Part shown: positions 27,721 to 40,400 of the stretch, piece after piece
Layout of the letters: the number at the start of each line of letters is the position of its first letter
Numbering within the stretch: the stretch's first letter is position 1
NCBI RefSeq assembly: GCF_006345805.1
Contig: NC_043017.1
Coordinates: forward strand, 27,900,001 to 27,964,000
Length of the DNA: 64,000 nt
Source: Octopus sinensis
Taxonomy: Eukaryota
Direction: 5' to 3'
Position numbers and translations under genes: made by a program
The notes under the pieces: generated by a model
What the model saw: the letters and a program-made list of their open reading frames with translations, nothing else
Databases searched by the model: none
Told to the model about the DNA's origin: nothing

Positions 27721-29024
27721 TTTCTTATATTTACTTTATGAAGTATTACAATGTCATGTTCTTTTATTATCTCCCTTGAAAACACACCCTTTCCACGTAA
27801 CCTATGGCGGCGTTGCTGTTTAGAGACTGTTGATGATGACGATGGTCGAGATATGTATGGGAGGAGGATAAAATAGTATCGGTGGTTATAATGGCGACAG
27901 GAGAGGTGTGATGCTGAGGTGATGGTGGTAATAGTAGTATTGATAAGTGTTAGTTGTGTGATGGTGGTGATTGCAGTGGTTATATTGGTTGTCATGGTGA
28001 AATTGACTGTCAAGGTAACCGTCATGATAACATTGAACCTTTACATAAATAAATAACGTGAAATACACGAAGGGACGAACAAAAAGACAAACGGGTCATT
28101 CAAAGCCTTTGTTCTTCAGTCAGAAACTGATTCTTCATCGCGGATTTCGGCTGTTTAATTCTGAGATCCGCTCTGAATCAGCCAGCCACAGAAGGAAAGA
28201 ATGCAACGCAACAGAGACGAACATGAAACGAAAAAATCTTTTTTGGAGACAGTAACGGTTAAAAACATGGATGACACAGGCGCCCTACGGCTTTGAGACA
28301 AAAAGAGACAAAAACAATATCAGCAAGTGTGGAAAAATAATTACCTTTTCGGTGATGAGACACATGATGAACAAGCGGCCGATGGCAACGGAATGGCTGA
28401 GGCAGCAAGTCGCAAGAGGGTAAGAGAGAGAAGGGGTAAGAGAGAGAGGGGACCAAGGAGGGTGGAAGGCGAGGACAGAAGCAATGACCAAGAGAGAGAG
28501 GGAGAGAAGGAATCAGAGAAGAAGCAGTGACCAAGAGAGAGTGTGTGTGTGGGCGTGTGTACTCTGAGCCGGAGAATTAGAACTCGTTGGAGAGAACCAG
28601 CCATAGATTAAAGAGTATATGAACCACTGAGCGTGAAGAACCCTAGTTCTCCTTAGAGCTTCCTTATAAGTGTAGGAAAGCGTGTATATAAAGAAACCCT
28701 AGTGCTCCGCTAGTTTCATGTTTTTTGTCTGTTCGCTTGTCACTTTTCAATTTCTTCAGTCGTTGATCCAGTTGAATGGTGCACTTCAGTATGGTCATTA
28801 TTCACACGGAAATTATTTTCGCTATAAATCAATAAAGATTTAATAGCTTTTAAAGTTTGCAAATTTGGGGTAATTTTAGCCAATCGAAAGCCACGAACTG
28901 TTTCCAGAGTTTAAAAAAGCCAAACTGTTACCAAGATGCTTAACCAGGTAGCCAATTTTCGCTTATTAAATGCAGAAAAACACTTAAGGTAATAATACCT
29001 AAATAGGTCTTAAATCATGCACTG

Positions 29025-29275
29025 TTTTTGCCATAATCATTTGAATTCCCGAGTGTAGAAACATTTTATCAGAAGTCGAATATAAAAAGAGCTATGAAGG
29101 TTTTATATGGCGTATGTAAACCAGAATTCCACTAATATTTCATTTGCTTTTTCCATAATCATATGAATTCCCGTGTGTAGAAAAATTTTCTCAAAAGTCA
29201 AAAGAATATAAAAAGAGCTATGAGGGTTTATATGGCGAGCGTAAAGTAGAATCCCCTTGATGTTTCATTTGTTTA
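29025..29275. repeat. Tandem duplication, ~103-bp period
   Basis: ccataatcat(t/a)tgaattcccg(a/t)gtgtagaaa...gaatataaaaagagctatga occurs twice. Confidence 0.85.
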
Positions 29276-29635
29276 GAGTTGAGAACATATAAAGTTACAC
29301 CCCCAAAAGGACATCTTCCAAATCCGGTTTACTCACCGGGTAAAAATTATCAAACTTTAAACCTCTATAACATTTTTTAAAAAAATCAATAATAAATCCC
29401 TGAGCGTGGTATAAACAGTAGCTGCATGACATCGTGACGTATATTTGCTACCTAAATATGGCTAACCCTTAGGGGTTATGCTACTGTAGCTTGTAACCCT
29501 AGGAAAACATCTTCTCCAGCTGGCTATTGACACACTATCTGTGCCCTGTCAGCATTTTCAAAGGGAAAAGTATATATATATATATATTTATATTTTTGTA
29601 TTGAGAATCACTTCCTATCGCCAACCAGTGGTTGT

Positions 29636-29680
29636 CACACGCTGATGACGAGTCAACACCCAGAAACTCGGGTCTGTGTA
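29636..29680 (+). ncRNA. Type I hammerhead ribozyme motif (family B, copy 1)
   Basis: cacacg-CTGATGA-cgagtcaacaccca-GAAA-ctcggg-TC-tgtgt; predicted cleavage after C29674. Confidence 0.75.
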
Positions 29681-29990
29681 TGTAACGTCAGGCTGGAGAT
29701 GGGGAAGGTGAATTCCCTTTGCAAATACTGATAAAGCACAGACAGTGTTTCAATAACCAGCTGGAGGAGATGTCTTTTTAGGGCTACTACCTACAGTAGC
29801 ATCAACCACTAAGGGTTAGCCACATTTAGGTGACAAATATACTTCACGATTCCGTGCAGCTACTGTTCATACCTTGCTCAGAGATTTATTATTGCTTGTT
29901 TCCACTTTTTCGATATCAGTGACTTTTCATCACTGGTAAAAGTATCTATATATTTGCATTGATAAATATTTCCCTGCGCCAATCGGTTGT

Positions 29991-30035
29991 CACACGCTGA
30001 TGACGGATCAATACCCAGAAATTCGGGTCCGTGTG
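29991..30035 (+). ncRNA. Type I hammerhead ribozyme motif (family B, copy 2)
   Basis: cacacg-CTGATGA-cggatcaataccca-GAAA-ttcggg-TC-cgtgtg; perfect 6-bp stem I; predicted cleavage after C30029. Confidence 0.8.
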
Positions 30036-31340
30036 TATCACGTCAGACTAGAGATGGGAACGATGACTTTCCTTTGCAAATACTGATAGGACACACTTAT
30101 TGTGTCAATAGCCAGCTGGAGGAGATGCCTTGTTGGGGCTGCAAGCTACAGTAGCTTTAAGGGTTTACCACATTCAGGTGGCAGATATACTTCACGATTT
30201 AAAAAAAATCCTTTTCTGAAAAAAGTGAAGTAGTCCTTCAGATTCAGCGTGGAAAATTATATCAATAAACCAAATGCTAAAATTTCCACTGGTGCAGCTA
30301 ATCAGAAAAGTCCCCTGTTTGCTAGTCGTCAAAATCTGTCTTGCAAATATTTTTGTAGCTGAATGCGCTGAAAGTATACTTAGTGTCCATTCAGAACAAA
30401 TGCACGCACATGTATGTATGTGTGTGTGTGTGTGTGTACGTGCGTGTGAAGCCTTTAATTTCGTTAAAGGGAAACGTTTTTGAGCATATATATATATATA
30501 TATAAATGGCGGTGCCCCAGCATGGCCACAGCTCATAAGCTGAAACTGGAAAATCAAAATCAAAAATCAAAATTCATATTTATATATATATATATAAGAA
30601 CCCCTATTTTGCGGAAAGAACTCATGAATATGATCCACCCGGTGTCCCTGGATACTAGGGATTGAACTGTAATGATGCGATGAAAACGGACTATGATCCC
30701 AAGAAATATGTGATGTGTGGAAACGCGCGTAGTGATTCATTAAAATATGAATTTCATCTATAGATTATTATTATTATTATTATTATAACTATTATTACTA
30801 ATTCTACTACTACTACTTTATAGGTACGTATGTATGAGTGTATGTGTAAGCATGTATGTATACATGTATGTACGTATGTATAATCCTCTGATTATCTCAA
30901 GAACAAAATATAGAAATGGAAGTTTTACAATATAGACGGCAATATTACTACGACTGCAGGTATTGTTGTCACTGCTACTGATGCTGATGATGATGAGGAG
31001 GAGCATGTTGGTGGCGGTGAAGTTGTTGGTTTATTTTAGAGACCACACTGCTAATATAAGCTAATAATATACGCTCTGATATATTTGAACAATGCAACAA
31101 CACGTGTTGCTTTCGCTGTTCTCAGATTCAAAAACAATATATACCAACGGTATTGTCTTTCATGAAGAAAGAGATTTCAGCGACAAACAAGTCCAGATGG
31201 TAAACAAGCTTGTGAACAAGAGAATAGAGAGAAAACATGTGTGGCTTATCGTTTCGGTTGTATTAAAGCATTTTAGAGATGGAGAAAGGCAGGAAGAAAA
31301 AAGAAGTAATTGTTACGAGCGGGAACAAGTGATTGCAGAG

Positions 31341-31379
<39 letters not shown>

Positions 31380-31433
31380 TGTGCGTTTCTGTTTTTGTGT
31401 GCGCCCGTGTGCCTGTGGGTGTGTGATATATAG

Positions 31434-31664
31434 AAGGCGGTGAGCTGGCAGAAACGTTAGCACGCCGGGCGAAATGCGTTGCCGTATTTCGTCTGCCGTT
31501 ACGTTCTGAGTTCAAATTCCGCCGAGGTCGACTTTGCCTTTCATCCTTTCTGGGTCGATAAATTAAGTACCAGTTACGCACTGGGATCGATATAATCGAC
31601 TTAATCCGTTTGTCTGTCCTTGTTTGTCCCCTCTGTGTTTAGCCCCTTGTGGGTAGTAAAGAAA
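31434..31664 (+). mobile_element. SINE family 2
   Basis: Near-consensus full-length copy. Confidence 0.9.
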
Positions 31665-31796
31665 CAGATATATAGAAGTGCCTGTGCATGTGAGGCACAT
31701 ATATCTACATATATGTATGTGTGTTTGTGTCCATCTATAGGCATATGCACACACCCGCATATACATACACGTATATATACTGATAGATATACATTC

Positions 31797-31872
31797 ATTC
31801 ACATGGTTCTGGGTTGAGTCCCACTGCGTGGCACCTTGTAAGTGGATTTGGTAGATGGAAACTGAAAGACCG

Positions 31873-31965
<93 letters not shown>

Positions 31966-32122
31966 CGTGTGTTTGTGTGGCTGTGTTTGTCCCCCCAACA
32001 TACCGGTAACCTAGTGGTTCGGCAAAAGAGACCGGTAGAATAAGTCCTGGGGTCGATTTGCTCGACTAAAGGCGGAACCCCAGCATGGCCGCAATCAATT
32101 GACTGAAACAAGTAAAAGAGAG
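31797..32122 (+). mobile_element. SINE family 1 with deletions
   Basis: cacatggttctgggttgagtcccactgcgtggcacc...gactgaaacaagtaaaagag. Confidence 0.85.
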
Positions 32123-32624
32123 TTTGATATTTAACCAATTGGATAATAATAAAAGAGTGGATTTGAACCAGTGTGTGTGTGCGTTAATAACATTGGCATA
32201 ATGATTACCCCTAGACATAACAGAATTTGTTTCTACTCAAGAATTCCCATAAGGAATCTTGCAATCCAAACCCTCTCTCATACAATAAATAAGTGTATTC
32301 GCACTTGTTCCTCTGTGTGAGCATCGAGCTTAGAACATGATTATTTTCGTACAAAAATATAGTAATGTGATATAAGGAAATCGTTTTAAAAAATGATAGT
32401 TTTCAAAAAAGAATATAATGATGTATTGATACGTTGTTTTTCATTTCTGAATAAGGAAAATATATGATATTTTCGGAATAGATATTTGATATCATATTTT
32501 TTTTAATAAGATTTTTTTTTTTAAATTCTACATTTAATATTGTATAAATAGCTTTACAACTGGTTGGAAAAAACAAAACAATATTATTGTTTACATTCCA
32601 ATAGTTGTTTATTCGAGATTGGAA

Positions 32625-32658
<34 letters not shown>

Positions 32659-32708
32659 TTACAAAGAGAAAGTGTGTGTGAGAGATAGAGATATAGTATA
32701 TATGTGCG

Positions 32709-32742
<34 letters not shown>

Positions 32743-33157
32743 GATAGAGATGGTATACGTACACACACACACATCTATATATATACGCATAAATCCACAT
32801 ACATATATACATATACATGTATGTATATCTCTGAGTATATATAGATCTATTATTTACTTTTTGATGCGTTTATTTATCGAATCTTATCTAAGTTTTTTTT
32901 AGTAATTAATTCTTCTGTTGTGTTATGATTGATATTCATATTTCGATGAATGTTTTCGAGTGGTTGATAATAACGTTATATTATTCATTGAAGCATTCAG
33001 ATGAGAGGAACTTCAGAAGAAAGTAGTCATTAATTAATTATTAATTAAAATATTGTGTTTGTTGAGACAACTATTATTTAACCTGTTGGAATTTTACATT
33101 TATAACGTGAAAATGTATTACATTAGCAGCAATGAAAATTGTATATATATATATATA

Positions 33158-33525
33158 GGCACAGGAGTGGCTGTGTGGTAAGTAGCTTGGTAACAAACCA
33201 CATGGTTCCGGGTTCAGTCCCACTGCGTGGCATCTTGGGCAAGTGTCGACCAAAGCTTTGTGGATTTGGTAGACGGAAAATGAAAGAAGCCTGTCGTATA
33301 TATGTACATATATGTATGTGTGTGTATATGTTTGTCCCTCTAGCATTGCTTGACAGCCGATGCTGGTGTGTTTACGTCCCCGTCACTTAGCGGTTCGGTA
33401 AAAGAAACCGATAGAATAAGTACTGGGCTTACAAAGAATAAGTCCCGGGGTCGATTTGCTCGACTAAACGCGGTGCTCCAGCATGGCCGCAGTCAAATAA
33501 CTGAAACAAGTAAGAGTAGAGAGAG
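33158..33525 (+). mobile_element. SINE family 1
   Basis: Full-length copy with a small deletion. Confidence 0.9.
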
Positions 33526-34266
33526 AGAGTATATATGCATACGCACACATATGTATATATGTACGTACGCATGAATGTATGTACGCATGTATGTATGATG
33601 TAGGTATACAAGCAAGAAAATCTCCAATAACTAGAAGCCTCTGAACAACTGTTAGCTTTACAAGTATTAGAATCCCAATGAATGACAGTCGGGCATTATT
33701 TTTATATGGTGAATTATATACTAGATTTAACCTGAAGGAACTATGAATCTGAGGACAACATCGAATGGTTTAACCCTACAAGTCCCTATATATCAATGAA
33801 AGACAAATTAAGACAAAGCGAACAGAAGGTACAAAATCCTCTCAGGCACCACATACTTGAATGTTTTACAGATATCGTCAGTCGCCTAACAGAAATCATT
33901 ATGATATCGATACCATTTCAGTATCATTCAATCCAGCGTTGTCAACATTGTGAGAATTGATAAATAAGAAGTAGAAGCCAAACAATTGCACTGTATATCT
34001 TGTATGTCTGCTTGTGTGTATTGTTGCAAATACAGGCATGAAATCTCAAACATAGCTACGCAAGACAACAGTTAAAAATACGATATAGAAAATAGAGAAA
34101 TATCATCAGATCGGTCATTACCACACCATGAAGTGTCGAAATTTAAAGCCATAAAATACTGAAGCGAAATAGAAGGCAAACTATATTGGACAGAATTAAT
34201 ATAAAGTGGAGCCGTACATTTCTTCCTTTAATCCTCACTTGGAGGAAGAAATGTTCGGCTACACTT

Positions 34267-34488
34267 TTCGGTCATATTATGCGGAGAAAATGCCTGGAGA
34301 AGGACATCATACTCGGAATGGTCAGTGCCAAGAGAGAAAGAGGCCGACCAAGAACCCGCTAGCTTGACACCATCAAAAGTGATAACGGAATGGACATAGC
34401 CAATCTGAAAGAAGCGGGCCAGGATAGAACTGACTGGAGGACACTCATCCAACGAGTAACCGAGAGTCGACTTCGACTGAGCGGATAG
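34267..34488 (+). pseudogene. RTE/BovB-like LINE ORF C-terminal fragment (5'-truncated)
   Basis: Translates FGHIMRRKCLEKDIILGMVSAKRERGRPRTR*LDTIKSDNGMDIANLKEAGQDRTDWRTLIQRVTESRLRLSG*, the characteristic RTE/BovB C-terminus; one in-frame stop; short (GATA)-like tail. Confidence 0.9.
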
Positions 34489-34608
34489 AGAGATAGATAG
34501 TAGCTGAACATATAGATTGCAAATACATATAATGGAAAATAACTTAATGTATAACCAACCTAGAATTGTAAACGTTTACATTAGTCAGACAACATAAATA
34601 CATAGGTA

Positions 34609-35188
34609 CTGAGACCTATTTAATGTAAAGTTTGATAATAGAGGATATATTAAACTAATATTTACAACTAATAAATTGTATAGGATATAATATTGCCTAC
34701 ACAGCCAAATCAATCAAGCCGAGCAAAACTAAAAGACACGAGGCAAATGCACGAAATATAAACTAAAGGAATAATATATGAGTTTAACAATCAGGCTTAA
34801 ATTGTAACAAAACAGCACGATATGGGAATAGACCAAGGTAGATCAATATATCCTAAACATAAACCTTAATTCTCTATGATATCAGTAAACGACTATATTA
34901 TTTAAAACATATAAATCATGTAAAATTTACTACAACACACAAACCGAAACGAAAATACACTCCGACATACTTAAAATATTAAAAAAAGGAAATGGATTAA
35001 AAGTAAACGAAGCGAATAACTTGTAATTTTAACTACCAATAATATACCAAATAGTATTACATCAGCTGAGACCTATTTATTGTAAAGTTTGATTATAGAG
35101 GATATATTTAAACTAATATTTACAACTAATAAATTGTATATGATGTAATATTGCCTACACAGCCAAAGCAATCAAGCAGAGCAAAACT
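34609..35188. repeat. Two ~120-bp direct repeats (34609-34731 and 35065-35188)
   Basis: ctgagacctattt...tgtaaagtttgat...aatattgcctacacagccaaa...gagcaaaacta occurs twice. Confidence 0.85.
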
Positions 35189-35282
35189 ATATATTATATA
35201 TATGTGTATATATGTATGTGTGTATATATAAAATATTATATATATATATATATATATATAATATATTATATAATATGCTCTT

Positions 35283-35521
35283 TTATTCTTTTTCTCTTTT
35301 TCTATTTTACTTGTTTCAGTCATTTCCCTGTGGCAATGCTGGAGCACCGCCTTTAGCCGAGCAAATCCACCCCAGGGCTTATTTTTTGCAGGCTTAGTAC
35401 TAATTCTATCGATCTTTTGTCGAACTGCTACGTTATGGGGACGTAAACACAACACCATCGGTTGTCAAGCGATTTGCGTGCGGGGGGGGGTGAACACAGG
35501 CACGCAAACATATACACACAC

Positions 35522-35567
<46 letters not shown>

Positions 35568-35722
35568 ATACACACATATACACAATGAACTTCTTTCAGT
35601 TTCCGTCTACCAAATCCACTCACAAGGTTTTGGTCGGCTCGAGGCTATAGCAGAAGATACTTGCCCAAGGTACCACGCAGTGGGACTGAACCCGGAACCA
35701 TGTGGTTTGTAAACAAGCTACT
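35283..35722 (-). mobile_element. SINE family 1
   Basis: Reverse-complement full-length copy. Confidence 0.85.
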
Positions 35723-35741
35723 TACCACTCATCCGCCTCTC

Positions 35742-35816
<75 letters not shown>

Positions 35817-35840
35817 GCCACTCCTGCGCATACATATATA

Positions 35841-36052
35841 TTGTTTGGCATCCTTTCTGTCTCGGGAGACAATGGAGTTGCGCATTTTTTTTTTTTTTTT
35901 TTTTTTCTAGGTCTAGTCCGGCTGTTATATTTTATTTCCTGTTACATTTGTTGCTGTGGCTGTGTAGTCATATCCTGGACAAACACTCCCTCTGGCAGGT
36001 ACTGCAAATGTAGGGAAGACTGTTCCTGGCTGGTTGTAGTGCCATGGTCTAC
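35841..36052 (-). pseudogene. RTE-clade LINE 3' end (C-terminal Cys/His finger plus 3' UTR)
   Basis: Minus strand encodes YICSTCQRECLSRI*LHSHSNKCNRK* (CxxC-R-C-SRIGL-SH-C motif), stop at 35932-35934, then UTR ctccattgtctcccgagacagaaaggatgcc. Confidence 0.8.
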
Positions 36053-36061
36053 ATATATGTG

Positions 36062-36148
<87 letters not shown>

Positions 36149-36923
36149 GTATTTATGTATATTTGCTACTATGGAAAAGTGCCGCATGTCTAAATTGGCT
36201 AAATGCGTTTTCTTTTCAATATTTTTGTTTGCTGTAGTCGGTTCTTAGGTCAATCTGCCATACTTCCAGCTTCCTCAAATGCCAAGATATCAAAATATGT
36301 CAAAGAGTAGTACAGCAGTTTTGCTATGGGATGGTGAAACCATTTTCTCGTTTTCTGAAAAAGCAACCCTTTGCACTTACATAAAGGTGAAAGCACTTCA
36401 CGCGTAATCACAAGGGAGCGAGTTTGAGCCCATGGCTGGCCGGTAACGACATTTTTTGCAATATATGAATAGTTTATCCTGTTCATGCTATTGTATTAGT
36501 ATTATCATGCGTTTGAGAATAAAATATTTCTGTATCTTTCAATACATTTCAACGCTTCTAAAGTAAACTATGTTTACTTTCATCGTATTTTGAATTTAAC
36601 GTTAGCGTTTTATAAAGTTAGATTAATAAATCCTAAAATTGCAGAACAATTCGTTGCTGGACAGTTGAGCTTCAAGGTTAAAACACTTGACATGTAGTCA
36701 CAGGGATGTGTGTTCTAGTCACATGGCTGACCGGTAACAGTTGATCCATATATTACAGAGGGGTTGAAGAATTAGGGAAGGAACTAGAGAGAGAAGAGAG
36801 GCACAGGGCAAGGTGCAAGGGAGAAAATAGGGGAAAGTGGAGAAACTAAAGAAGGAAAATGCCAAGAAATTGAGAGGGGGGGTGAGAAAAAAGAAAGAGG
36901 AAAAAAGAAGGAAGCCGTACAGA

Positions 36924-36971
<48 letters not shown>

Positions 36972-36997
36972 TCTATCCTTGTTTTTTTCTGTGTATC

Positions 36998-37031
36998 TTT
37001 CTGTGGAAGAGCGTAGGCTCGAAACGTAAAA
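36998..37031 (+). ncRNA. Degenerate minimal hammerhead motif (family A) in a (TA)n-embedded repeat at ~36969-37125
   Basis: ttt-CTGTGGA-a-gagc gtag gctc-GAAA-cg-TA-aaa; core deviates from CTGANGA. Confidence 0.45.
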
Positions 37032-37122
37032 TACTTTTTTCTATTCCTGAGCGCTATACTAATACATTTGTTTGTTTGTACTCCACCTGCTTTCGTCTTT
37101 TCTTTATATTCGTAAACTTTCC

Positions 37123-37157
<35 letters not shown>

Positions 37158-37160
<3 letters not shown>

Positions 37161-37342
37161 CTGGCATAAGACCAGCAATTTCGGGGTGGGGATGAGAGGA
37201 TTAGTGCTCAACTGATACCTATTTTACCGACTTCAAAACGCAACGACGTCCTCAGCGGAATTAGAACGCAGAACGAAAAGACGCACGAAGATGCGTTAGG
37301 CATTTTGCGTAGCTTGCTAACGACTCATCCAGCTCCTTCCCT
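37158..37342 (-). mobile_element. SINE family 2, highly degenerate
   Basis: Remnants cctcagcggaattagaacgcagaacg and gctaacgactc. Confidence 0.6.
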
Positions 37343-38437
37343 TAGATACATATACACATTGTAATCTCGTTCATACTTAATTCCTTTTTATGAATCGAAA
37401 TTCGGATATGAATCAGTCAGCCTTTAAAGCCATTTATAACTCGTTTATTACAATGTATGAAAGGGTTCTTTTGACAGTAATATAGAAACAACTACTATTA
37501 TTATTATTAATAATAATAATAATGATATGATATAATAAGAAGAAAGCAAGAACACTAATAAGTTGGGCTTTTTTACTACTCGAATACCTTATTGACTACT
37601 GAACCCCTCCTCTTCCACGCCTCCCCCAGTTTTCTCCGTTTCCCATATTGTCTTATAATGTGGTTTTTCTTGATATTTCGACCGGTTCCTCTAAGGAAAT
37701 TATTTCTTTCAATGCTGATTCTTATTGGAAATATACGGCACTATATCACCTACCAAGCAAATCTTCATTGTAATCATTGCCATGGCACACACACACATAC
37801 ATGTATGTATGTAAGTATCTTTCTATCTATCTTTCTATCTATCTATCTATCTATCTATCTCTTTCACTCTCTCTCTCTACATATATATGTATATATATTT
37901 GCTAGTCTCAAGATAAGGTAAGAATCATTGATCGACTATTGTTCTTGGCATTGGAATTGTTATCGGTATTGCATTCATAGCTCTTTGATCTCAGCATCAA
38001 TAAGAGTGTGCCTGTTTGTCTGCGCACATATACGCGCGCACACAAACACTAACAGGCATAAATATCTGTGCGTGCGTGCTTGCGTGTGTGTGTGAGTATG
38101 TATGATAGTATATATATATATATAATTTTGACACACACACATACACACATATATATATATATATATGCACCACAAATCACTTGATGTTCGCCAACAATTT
38201 TGCACGCCTGTGCGAACACACTCTGTTATGAATAGCATTACCACTATCATCTTCAGATGAAAATTCTGCCGTGTGTTCATTCACGAAGAGTCGCAGAATA
38301 TTTTCTAACTCCTATATATTTGGGAAAGTAAAAGAAATCCGAGATATATTATATTGCACTGACACAAGACTGCACTCACACGTATACACAGAAAATCACA
38401 CACACGCAAATATACAAACACATACATACATACACAC

Positions 38438-38471
<34 letters not shown>

Positions 38472-38614
38472 GGGAGAATGCGCTAATACATGATCTAAGT
38501 TATATGATGTATAAAAAATGTAATATACAAATAAATATCATTTACAGATATTTATTTGTATATTACATTTTTTATACATCATATAACTTAGATCATGTAT
38601 TAGCGCATTCTCCC
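38472..38614. repeat. Perfect 68-bp inverted repeat with 7-nt spacer
   Basis: 38472-38539 is the exact reverse complement of 38547-38614; flanked by (TA)n. Confidence 0.95.
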
Positions 38615-39054
38615 ATATATATATATATATATATGTGTGTGTGTATGTATGTATAGGGAGTGAGAGAGAGAGATGATCAAAATATGTATTTATGGGTGCG
38701 ATATATATTTATGACCTATATTTATATATATATATGTGCGTGTGTGAGTGCGCGTGTGCACGTGCGAATGGGCCAGTGCGCGCGCTTGTGTATATATGCA
38801 TTTAGGTGCGTTTTATACATGTGTGAGGAGATGCCCTGTTTTGAACACTTGGTTCAAGATTGTTTTGGTGAGGCACCGTCCTGACAAAGACCGATATTTG
38901 TTGGGTGTTGGTGAGTTTTTATTTTTCATAGGGTGGTGGGAAATGTAAAGGTTGGCCGGCCAATTACTGTCCGCATCTGATTTAAAAACGAAGAGATAAC
39001 CTCCAGAGCAGCTGGAATAGAGAGAATGAGAGAGAAAGCGACTTGGAGAAAATA

Positions 39055-39287
39055 TATTTCTTTACTACCCACAAGGGGCTAAACATAGAGGGGACAAACA
39101 AGGACAGACAAACGGGTTAAATCGATTACATCGACCCCAGTTGGAAACTAGTACTTTATTTATCGACACCGAAAGGATGAAAAGTAAAGTCGACCTCGGC
39201 GGGATTTGAACTCAGAACGTAACGACAGACGAAATACGGCTACGCATTTCGCCCGGCGTGCTAACGTTTCTGCCAGCTCACCGCCTT
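39055..39287 (-). mobile_element. SINE family 2
   Basis: Reverse-complement full-length copy. Confidence 0.9.
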
Positions 39288-40369
39288 TTAAATGCGGAGA
39301 TATGACGAACTGCCAGGGAGGGAGATGGAGAATAGAAACCCGGAGACAATTGTACGGAGAGGAAAGATGTGAGAAAGAAAGAGAAAGGGAGAGACAGAGA
39401 ACGAGAGCTCGAGAGAGAGAGAGAAAGACGGACAGAAGAAAGCAAGAGATAAGTCAAGAGATTTTACCGCAGTATGATGTGAACTGAAACCGTGAGTGCC
39501 TGGATGAATGCTGACACTGAACGGATTTTGCTAATTCAATTGTTTTTTATTCATCTGTTTCATTGTCCCGAGAGATAAAAGGCAGAAACACTTCACTCAT
39601 ACAAATATACACAATAAGATAATAGAAACAATGAACAATTAAAGCGCTTTATATACAAACTCGTTATTATGAGTCGGAAATAGCGTTGTGACTAAAACAT
39701 GGCAACATATGGCAAAATACGATAAATGATGGCGGTCCCTGAACTAAGACACGTTCGATTTGTTATTTATGAAGTAAGGACCGACACATTCACTACGCCT
39801 CCATATAGCAAAATAATACTGCATATAGAGAAAAACAATTGCTTGTGATTAATCCCCGGCTAATCGCTACGCTTCATTAGATAATTTCATTATAGAAGGT
39901 ATCAGAATTTATCATACGCAGTCGTTTCGGCTGGTGTGATGAATGCATATGATAACGAAAATATAACGAAATAAGAGTGAAATCGCCATAACACTCATAA
40001 ACCTACTGCTAACCCCATCACGTTTGTAACGTTGGACTATTTGTCAGTTTTAGCAAATTCAAAAGCGATATTTCACATTCATTTTGTGTCGTAGCCGATG
40101 TATTTTACGCTAAGCTAACAATCATGGCGAATGACATCTGTTTGCTAAGCCGGATATTAAATATGCTTGATGGGAATCTTGCAAACTATGATTAATTTTT
40201 CTCGTACACAAACGACTGGCAATCTTCATTGCGTTTCGTTCACAATAGACCGATTATTCAGACTGCTAATTAATACATACATAGAAAGACACAAGAAAGC
40301 GCGCATACACACAAGTATAGTTTATAAATATGTATATATATATATATATTATGTAATATATATATATAT

Positions 40370-40400
<31 letters not shown>

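Larger units (their letters stand above)
29390..30198 (+). mobile_element. Penelope-like pLTR/retrozyme array (HHR family B): one inverted partial unit plus two direct units
   Basis: 29390-29568 is the reverse complement of ~29712-29891; direct units ~29569-29937 and ~29938-30198 each carry a hammerhead motif. Confidence 0.75.

Noticed and set aside
28327-28717. Candidate solo LTR (TG...CA, GA-rich)
   Set aside because: No target-site duplication, PBS or second copy in the window
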